Positions 38,537-44,959 of a stretch of DNA of 44,959 bases are shown one piece after another; the stretch's first letter is position 1, and every line of letters starts with the position of its first letter. Position numbers and translations under genes: made by a program. This DNA comes from Dehalococcoidia bacterium. GTDB lineage: Bacteria > Chloroflexota > Dehalococcoidia > UBA2979. The stretch covers positions 1 through 44,959 of the forward strand of contig JAKUNM010000005.1 in NCBI GenBank assembly GCA_022451865.1. Reading direction: 5' to 3'. The notes below the pieces were generated by a model, which saw only the letters and a program-made list of their open reading frames with translations, made no database searches and was not told the DNA's origin.

Positions 38537-39055
38537 TTATGTTCCAAGTTCAAATCGTATAAAACGTGCGACTTTAATGTTTTCCCCAGTCTGACCTATC
38601 GCACTTTGGATTAAATCATCGATATTTTGGCTGTTGTCTTTAATGAAAGTTTGAGTCAACAGAGCATTGGATTCTTTTGTTCCTGAAAAATCATCTGGGA
38701 CATCTTCAACAGTGAGTGCAAGAGGATTCATCGCAGCTACTTGCATGGCTAAATCATGTGCTAAAGATTGAAAAGTGTCTGTACGTGCAACAAAATCTGT
38801 TTCACATTGAAGTTCAATAAGTGCACCAATTTTGCCATTACCATGAATATAAGATTGAACTAACCCTTGTCCAGTTTCCCGGTCGGATCTTTTAGCGGCA
38901 GAAGCTATACCTTGTTCACGTATTATTTTTTTTGCGGTATCAAAGTCGCCCTCAGCTTCTTCAAGAGCCCGCTTGCTGTCCATAATGCCAGCACCTGTTT
39001 CTTCTCTTAGCCGCTTTATTTCATCAGTAGTAACCACATTAAAATCCGTTCTCAA
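38537..39055 (-). CDS. tsf: Elongation factor Ts (short form)
   Basis: IKRLREETGAGIMDSKRAL, ELQCETDFVAR, GENIKVARFIRFELG. Confidence 0.97.
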   Translation of the reverse strand: MRTDFNVVTTDEIKRLREETGAGIMDSKRALEEAEGDFDTAKKIIREQGIASAAKRSDRETGQGLVQSYIHGNGKIGALIELQCETDFVARTDTFQSLAHDLAMQVAAMNPLALTVEDVPDDFSGTKESNALLTQTFIKDNSQNIDDLIQSAIGQTGENIKVARFIRFELGT

Positions 39056-39066
39056 AAAATAATTAT

Positions 39067-39963
39067 TTATTGTTCCGTAGAATTGCTCTCAACTTGTACC
39101 TGTTGTTCATTGCCTTCATTAACAATTTCCTCTGTAGCTATAACTGATGCCTCTGGACTTGATGCCTCTGGACTTGATGCCTCTGCTGCCTGTTGAAATT
39201 CTTGTTCAACATTGCTTACAGCTATTCCTTCACGAATAGCTTGCGAGACCAATTTAGTCATCAATTCAATTGCACGAATTGCGTCGTCATTAGATGGAAT
39301 TGGGTAGTCAATTAGGTCTGGATTAGCATTAGTGTCACACATTGCTATAACGGGTATTTTTGCCCGATTTGCCTCACGAACAGCGATCTCTTCTAGTGCC
39401 GGATCAACTATAAATAGTGCACCCGGTGTACGTTCTAATGATCTTAATCCTGAAAAAGATCTAGTTAGTCTCTCAAATTCTTTTTGCAACATTACACGTT
39501 CTTTTTTGGTTTGTTTTACAGATTTAGTCTCAATATCGCTATTTGAAGCATCCTCTTCTGAATCAGAGGGAATGTTTTCATCATTAGTAATTGAATCAAA
39601 TCCTGAGCTGAGTTGATTATAATACTCAATGCGTTTGGACAATGTTGAAAAATTCGTTAAAGTTCCTCCTAACCATCGATTGTTTACATATGGCATTCCG
39701 ATACTTTCTGCTTCCCTTTGAATAATCATACGTGCTTGTTTCTTTGTGCCAACAAAGAGAATTTTGTCGCCGCTCGCTGATACTTCCTTAATTTTTTCAA
39801 GTGCAGCATCAAGCCTTACCACTGTTTGCGCTAAATCGATAATGTGGACTCCGTTACGTTCTCCAAAAATGAAAGGACGCATATGAGGATTCCAGCTACG
39901 AGTCTGATGTCCAAAATGTACACCTGACTCCAGTAATTGTTGCATAGTTATAGTGTGGGACAC
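39067..39963 (-). CDS. rpsB: 30S ribosomal protein S2
   Basis: LLESGVHFGHQT, FVGTKKQA, RWLGGTLTNF, DTNANPD, PSNDDAIRAI; GTG 39963 has an AGGAG SD (ORF track starts at TTG 39990). Confidence 0.97.
   Translation of the reverse strand: MSHTITMQQLLESGVHFGHQTRSWNPHMRPFIFGERNGVHIIDLAQTVVRLDAALEKIKEVSASGDKILFVGTKKQARMIIQREAESIGMPYVNNRWLGGTLTNFSTLSKRIEYYNQLSSGFDSITNDENIPSDSEEDASNSDIETKSVKQTKKERVMLQKEFERLTRSFSGLRSLERTPGALFIVDPALEEIAVREANRAKIPVIAMCDTNANPDLIDYPIPSNDDAIRAIELMTKLVSQAIREGIAVSNVEQEFQQAAEASSPEASSPEASVIATEEIVNEGNEQQVQVESNSTEQ
39146..39185. repeat. 15-bp in-frame tandem repeat (about 2.7 copies) in the rpsB tail
   Basis: GATGCCTCTGGACTT x2 + GATGCCTCTG, encoding EASSP-EASSP-EAS. Confidence 0.95.
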
Positions 39964-40109
39964 CTTGTACTCCTGTATTTTCTCTTCCAACGTATAAATT
40001 TACCTTAACTGGTAGTTAAGGCAGACGTCAGCTTACTTATTCGAACTGACATTATATGTCTTGAATTGGCTCATGAGCTAGACAATTAAGAATATTTTTA
40101 GTCAATAAT

Positions 40110-40129
40110 TTTAGAAATTAATTTCTAAA
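40110..40129. promoter_or_regulatory. Perfect 20-bp palindrome in the divergent rpsB/FmdB-like spacer (possible operator)
   Basis: TTTAGAAATTAATTTCTAAA equals its own reverse complement. Confidence 0.45.
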
Positions 40130-40201
40130 TCTTGCAATATATAAAAAATCACGTGATTATGATCGATAGTGATAAAAGATTATTTTATTGAAGGTGTGAT
40201 T

Positions 40202-40468
40202 ATGCCAACCTATGAATACCTACATTCACCTCCCCGTAAACGTGGATGTCCAAAACAATTTGAACTGGTACGTAAAGTAATGGAGCGTGATGATCCAGCC
40301 TTATGTCCAAAATGTGGCTCCTTAAGTGAGCGCCAGCTATCGATGCCTGCCTTATCCTTTAGAGGAAACGGATTTTACGTAACTGATTCCAGAAATTCTT
40401 CTACTAAAAATAATAAAAGTGATGATTCTCCCCAGAAACCTCATCATACCGATGCTAAAAATGACTAA
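40202..40468 (+). CDS. FmdB-family zinc-ribbon protein (atypical)
   Basis: MPTYEY...FE...CPKCG...S.PALSFRGNGFYVTDSR; ATG 40202 after GAAGGTG. Confidence 0.85.
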   Translation: MPTYEYLHSPPRKRGCPKQFELVRKVMERDDPALCPKCGSLSERQLSMPALSFRGNGFYVTDSRNSSTKNNKSDDSPQKPHHTDAKND

Positions 40469-40918
40469 ATGCGTGCAGTAATTCAAAGGGTCGATGAAGC
40501 TCGAGTCATTGTGGATAGTGAAGTAATTGGATCTATTAATAAAGGACTACTAGTTTTACTAGCTATTGGTAATTTTGATTTATTGGAAGATGTAAATTGG
40601 CTGGTAAGAAAAATAATCAATCTGAGAATCTTTCCAAATGAGAAAAATCTTCCCCATTATTCCCTGAAAGATATTTCAGGATCGATTCTTGTGGTTCCAC
40701 AATTCACGTTGTATGCAGATTTAAGTCAAGGTCGTAGACCATCATATTTTGAAGCTGCAAAGCCAGATCAAGCTCGAAAAATGTTTGACGAATTAATAAT
40801 GTTATTAAAAATCAATAACAACATTGTTGTACAGACAGGACGATTTCAAGCACACATGAAAGTTTATTCATGTAATGATGGTCCAGTGACCTTTCTGTTA
40901 GATTCAAAGGATCGTTAG
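40469..40918 (+). CDS. dtd: D-aminoacyl-tRNA deacylase
   Basis: [33 protein letters not shown]...NDGPVT. Confidence 0.96.
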   Translation: MRAVIQRVDEARVIVDSEVIGSINKGLLVLLAIGNFDLLEDVNWLVRKIINLRIFPNEKNLPHYSLKDISGSILVVPQFTLYADLSQGRRPSYFEAAKPDQARKMFDELIMLLKINNNIVVQTGRFQAHMKVYSCNDGPVTFLLDSKDR

Positions 40919-41796
40919 GTTAGTCCTTCTGATTGAAGAACTTCCAACATTGTCTCTCCAATCCTTGATGGTGATTCTACAACTGTTGCACCAGCATTAC
41001 GTAGGGCAGTTTGTTTTGCAGTTGCTGTTCCTGCTTTACCGGCAATAATTGCTCCTGCATGTCCCATCCTTCTCCCAGGAGGTGCCGTAGCTCCAGCAAT
41101 GAATGAAACAACAGGTTTACTCATTTCCTTAATATACTCTGCGGCTTCTTGTTCTGCGGTACCGCCAATTTCACCAATTAATACTACAGCTGCTGTTTCC
41201 GTATCTTGCTCAAATAATGCTAACGCTTCTTGTTGAGATGTTCCGATGATTGGATCACCTCCCACACCAACACTAGAACTTTGTCCGATACCTAATCTGG
41301 TTAATTGATCGACACTTTCATAAACTAAAGTTCCTGATCTTGATATCACACCTACATTACCTGGGGTGTAAACATCAACCGGCATTATCCCTGCACGGGC
41401 TCTTTCAGCAACTGATATTACTCCAGGACAATTTGGACCAATTAATTTTGTAGTTGATTTTTGAAGATAAGATTTGACTTTTATCATGTCCAGAGTAGGG
41501 ATACCTTCAGTGATGCAAATTGCCGTAGGTATCCCAGCATCAGCAGCTTCGATGATAGCGTCAGCGGCGAATGGTGCGGGGACAAAGATTAAAGAAACAT
41601 TTGCCTCATATTGTTCAACTCCCTCACGGACAGTATTCAAAACCGGTACATCGTTCATAATCTGGCCACCGCGACCTGGAGTGACTCCACATACTACTTT
41701 TGTACCAAAAGCAAGGGAATTGGCTGCTTCTCTTTGTCCTGCACCACCGAACCCTTGAATTAATACACGACTATTTTCATTTAATAGAACTGCCAT
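40915..41796 (-). CDS. sucD: Succinate--CoA ligase alpha subunit
   Basis: [45 protein letters not shown]. Confidence 0.97.
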   Translation of the reverse strand: MAVLLNENSRVLIQGFGGAGQREAANSLAFGTKVVCGVTPGRGGQIMNDVPVLNTVREGVEQYEANVSLIFVPAPFAADAIIEAADAGIPTAICITEGIPTLDMIKVKSYLQKSTTKLIGPNCPGVISVAERARAGIMPVDVYTPGNVGVISRSGTLVYESVDQLTRLGIGQSSSVGVGGDPIIGTSQQEALALFEQDTETAAVVLIGEIGGTAEQEAAEYIKEMSKPVVSFIAGATAPPGRRMGHAGAIIAGKAGTATAKQTALRNAGATVVESPSRIGETMLEVLQSEGLT

Positions 41797-41821
41797 AAGA
41801 TAATCCTTATTCTCTGATTAA

Positions 41822-42985
41822 TTAATTTTCTACAGCTTTTACAGCTTTTTGTGCAGCTTCAGCAAAACCATCTGCACGAATTAGATCTAGTCCAGAATCT
41901 TCTAGAATCTGCAAACCTTCTTCCACATTAGTGCCCGCTAGTCTTATCACAGTAGGTTGTTTCAGGAGTCCAATTTTTTTAGCTTGAACTACTCCATCAG
42001 CGATGATGTCAGTACGTGCAAGACCACCAAATATATTTACTAATACTGCTTCGACATCAGGATCTTCAGAAATAATTTTCAATGCAGCTATTACTGCATC
42101 AGCACTATTGGCTGTTCCGATATCTAGGAAATTAGCAGGATCTCCTCCTTCGAATTTGATCGCATCCATGGTGGCCATCGCTAAACCAGCTCCATTGACT
42201 AAGCAACCAATGTTCCCATCGAGTTTTACATAATTGTCGATACCTGCATCACGTGCTTCTACTTCACGGGGATCCTCTTGAGAGGTATCACGATTTTCAA
42301 TTAATTCTTTCAGTCGAAAATCAGCGTTATCATCAGTCGAAAATTTTGCATCTGCAGCAATTAGTTGACCATCTTTTGTTACCACTAATGGGTTGATTTC
42401 AGCGATTGTTCCGTCATTGTCTTCAAACGCTGTAACTAAATTACTAATGAGTTCTGTGGCCGGTCTTAGTAGATCACCATCTAAACCAGTTTTGAATGCA
42501 ATCGTCCGTCCTTGGAAAGGCTGAAAACCGCATTCTGGGTGAACAAGTTCATTTTGGATAGCTGCAGGATCGTTTTCTGCGACTTCTTCAATATCCATAC
42601 CACCTGATGCTGATGCGATAACTATTGGCATTCCAGATGAATTATCAATAGCAACGCTAAGGTAAAGTTCTCTTTCAATTTCAATTTGTTCTTCGACGAG
42701 AACGGAATGCACAGGTAATCCTTCTGGGCCTGTCTGATGGGTGATTAATTGCATACCGATAATTTCCGTAGCTGATTGACGGGCCTCATCAGCATTATTT
42801 GCAATTTTAACTCCCCCGCCTTTCCCTCTTCCTCCAGTATGTGCTTGAGCTTTAATAACTACTTTGCCACCAAGTTCGTTGGTTATATCAACCACTTCAT
42901 CAGGTGTTGATGCTACTCTTCCTTGTGGAATAGGAATCCCGTATTGTGATAAAAGTTCTTTTGCTTGGAACTCATGTAATTTCAT
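41822..42985 (-). CDS. sucC: Succinate--CoA ligase beta subunit
   Basis: MKLHEFQAKELL, KAQAHTGGRGKGGGV, GGMDIEEVA, EINPL, NGAGLAMATMD, VNIFGG. Confidence 0.97.
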   Translation of the reverse strand: MKLHEFQAKELLSQYGIPIPQGRVASTPDEVVDITNELGGKVVIKAQAHTGGRGKGGGVKIANNADEARQSATEIIGMQLITHQTGPEGLPVHSVLVEEQIEIERELYLSVAIDNSSGMPIVIASASGGMDIEEVAENDPAAIQNELVHPECGFQPFQGRTIAFKTGLDGDLLRPATELISNLVTAFEDNDGTIAEINPLVVTKDGQLIAADAKFSTDDNADFRLKELIENRDTSQEDPREVEARDAGIDNYVKLDGNIGCLVNGAGLAMATMDAIKFEGGDPANFLDIGTANSADAVIAALKIISEDPDVEAVLVNIFGGLARTDIIADGVVQAKKIGLLKQPTVIRLAGTNVEEGLQILEDSGLDLIRADGFAEAAQKAVKAVEN

Positions 42986-43036
42986 AGAGGTAATCCGTTC
43001 TCTCGGTACAAAATTAAATTGATATGTTCAGATGGC

Positions 43037-43064
43037 ATCGTAGCACTGACTAGACTTGGTTCAA
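43037..43064 (-). promoter_or_regulatory. Putative sucCD promoter
   Basis: Minus strand TTGAAC-16-TACGAT with extended TG. Confidence 0.4.
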
Positions 43065-43104
43065 GAGCGTAGTAAGATTAATTTTAAATAAAATTGAATA
43101 GAAG

Positions 43105-44040
43105 ATGGATATTACTTTGTCGATAATTGTTCTTGGTGGTGTAAATATTGATTTTATCATTGAAACAGAGTCAATAGCTGATCGTGGTGAAACAAAAGAA
43201 GGTAAGAGTTTTTCTGTAACTCCTGGAGGTAAAGGTGCTAATCAAGCTGTAGCTGCTGCACGAATTTTATCTGGTAGGGATACTGTGGATATGATTGGCC
43301 TTTTAGGAGATGATCGTTATTCAAAAGAACTACGAGATTACCTTGAATCAACAGGTGTGCGCACTAATTTTTTAGGCACTGTTAAAGACGCTCAGTCTGG
43401 TGTTGCTATGATATTGATTGATGACAGTGGTGAAAATTCTGTCAACGCAGTGTACGGCACTAATATGCTGGTTGATGAGAGTTATTCAGTAAAAGCTATA
43501 GATAATTTAGAAGTTTCTCGGAATGATATATTTTTAGTGCAACAGGAAATTTCTCTTCAAGCAACAGAAGTTGCTATGGCTAAGGTAAGCTCTCTTGGTG
43601 CTACGGTTATTTTAGATCCTGCACCTAGCCGTAAAGATTCTCATCGATTACTTGAATTAGCAAATATACTCACACCTAACCAACATGAAGCTGAAGATTT
43701 GACTGGCATTACTGTTTCTGATCTTGAATCTGCTCAGGCCGCAGCAAGCTCTCTTTGTAACGAATATGGAGGGACTGTGATAGTGACTTTGGCTGAGTTA
43801 GGTGCTTGGGTTGAAAATGAGCATATTTCACAGATAGTTCCATCATTTTCTGTCAACCCTGTTGCTACTGTTGGTGCAGGTGATGCATTTAATGGTGGTT
43901 TGGCTGCTGCGTTGAATCTTGGATCTGAAATATTGGAAGCTGTAAGGATAGGTAATGCTACAGGAGCTCTATGTGTAACTCGGCATGGTGCCCAAGAGGC
44001 GATGCCTACTCGTGAAGAACTTGAAGGATTTTTAAGTTAA
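43105..44040 (+). CDS. rbsK: Ribokinase (PfkB family)
   Basis: PGGKGANQAVAAAR, GENS, LVQQEI, LDPAP, LTPNQHEA, TVGAGDAFNG, GAQEAMP. Confidence 0.9.
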   Translation: MDITLSIIVLGGVNIDFIIETESIADRGETKEGKSFSVTPGGKGANQAVAAARILSGRDTVDMIGLLGDDRYSKELRDYLESTGVRTNFLGTVKDAQSGVAMILIDDSGENSVNAVYGTNMLVDESYSVKAIDNLEVSRNDIFLVQQEISLQATEVAMAKVSSLGATVILDPAPSRKDSHRLLELANILTPNQHEAEDLTGITVSDLESAQAAASSLCNEYGGTVIVTLAELGAWVENEHISQIVPSFSVNPVATVGAGDAFNGGLAAALNLGSEILEAVRIGNATGALCVTRHGAQEAMPTREELEGFLS

Positions 44041-44958
44041 GCGGAGGTCACTTTCTTTGTTTGATTGGATGTCGTCCCAATTTACAAATAGAGGGTTATA
44101 TTTTACATCAATCCAATTTTCAATATGATCTGCATAGTGAGGTGAGCCAGGTTGTCCGCTATTGCCCGGTGGTATCACGACAAGTGCAGAATTGAGATCT
44201 TTCAAATCGAGAATTTGTCGATAACTAACTCCATGCATTCCTGTGGCACCTAAAGGTGTACCGACATTCCAAACAGTATTCCGGTCGCCACTCATTGCTA
44301 TAGGATCTAGCTCAAAAATAGAACGAAATTCAGGATCTCGTCCCAAATTATGTTTCCAAGTAATTTTGTGTTCTTCTCCCCATTGCCAATTGTCTATATT
44401 AGCACCCTGTTTTACAGATAAAATTTTATATGCCTCTAGAAGTGAAAATTCAATCGCCATATCCCAATTATCAAATTGATCCAACATAAGAGTGCTATTT
44501 TTATGCATTTCACTTAGTAGAACATTGTGCGAGATTGGTGCTAGAGGTGGTAGGCCTTCAACATAATTAAAATATTGCTCTACTGTAGCTTTCGCTAATT
44601 GATTACGAGCTTCATTTGCCAACACTGCCTCTGAGCTATTCACATGCATTTTACCATCCCATTTAACTAGGCGTGCTTGTAGGTTTTGTGCAAGTTTGTT
44701 GGAAAATGTAGATGATGCAACATGTTGTACAAATTCTAAGTGCGCCAAACTTAAGATATCACTTTGTAGAGTTGTCATACTTTCGTTGGAGAAAACATCA
44801 ATATTTCCCATCAATGCATTTAGACGATCTGCTCTAAAACGTGTAGACGAAAAACTTAGATAATAAGGGTAATCTGAAGATGTTGTACGATTATTTGCTG
44901 TAACGATATATCCTAATTTCGGGTTGTGCTCAGCAGGTAATTCATTCTTTGGGATACT
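44032..44958 (-). CDS. Penicillin acylase family (Ntn hydrolase) protein, C-terminal part; 5'-truncated by window
   Basis: Frame stays open to the window end (NPKLGYIVTANNR); WQWGEEH, SYRQILDL, PPGNSGQPGSPHYAD. Confidence 0.9.
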   Translation of the reverse strand, partial: SIPKNELPAEHNPKLGYIVTANNRTTSSDYPYYLSFSSTRFRADRLNALMGNIDVFSNESMTTLQSDILSLAHLEFVQHVASSTFSNKLAQNLQARLVKWDGKMHVNSSEAVLANEARNQLAKATVEQYFNYVEGLPPLAPISHNVLLSEMHKNSTLMLDQFDNWDMAIEFSLLEAYKILSVKQGANIDNWQWGEEHKITWKHNLGRDPEFRSIFELDPIAMSGDRNTVWNVGTPLGATGMHGVSYRQILDLKDLNSALVVIPPGNSGQPGSPHYADHIENWIDVKYNPLFVNWDDIQSNKESDLRLT

Positions 44959-44959
44959 T

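Noticed and set aside
38537-39055. Short EF-Ts (172 aa) and short IF2 (601 aa) as truncations
   Set aside because: Short forms are established in several phyla; termini and motifs are intact
1-44959. tRNA/rRNA, CRISPR array, T-box or riboswitch, IS/phage elements
   Set aside because: Intergenic gaps are all short (largest about 240 bp) with no such signatures; the trp leader lies outside the window

Overview
AT-rich, densely coding bacterial core-genome segment. It is probably from a streamlined Chloroflexota (Dehalococcoidia-like) organism; this is an inference from the short EF-Ts and IF2, the NusA tail and the gene order. Left arm (+): a trp operon trpE(partial)-trpG-D-C-F-B-A-aroH, interrupted by a degenerate-NUDIX/DinB fusion and a CPBP intramembrane protease, then scpA, ribF, tyrS and a hypothetical gene. 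Next come acpS-nnr-fabD-fabF-fabF-recJ (-) and folD-prfB(+1 programmed frameshift)-secreted zinc peptidase (+). An ino1/CDP-alcohol phosphatidyltransferase/two-domain thioredoxin module (-) lies divergent from a LysR gene. The long translation/isoprenoid cluster rpsB-tsf-frr-uppS-cdsA-dxr-rseP-ispG-proS-nusA-infB-rbfA-truB (-) lacks pyrH and rimP. The window ends with FmdB-like-dtd (+), sucCD (-), a ribokinase (+) and a partial penicillin-acylase-family gene (-). No tRNA, rRNA, CRISPR, phage or transposon is visible. No clearly new system is proven. The best candidates are the inositol-lipid/thioredoxin/LysR module, the accessory genes embedded in the trp operon and the tandem FabF pair. All calls are from motif recognition only; no database search was run.
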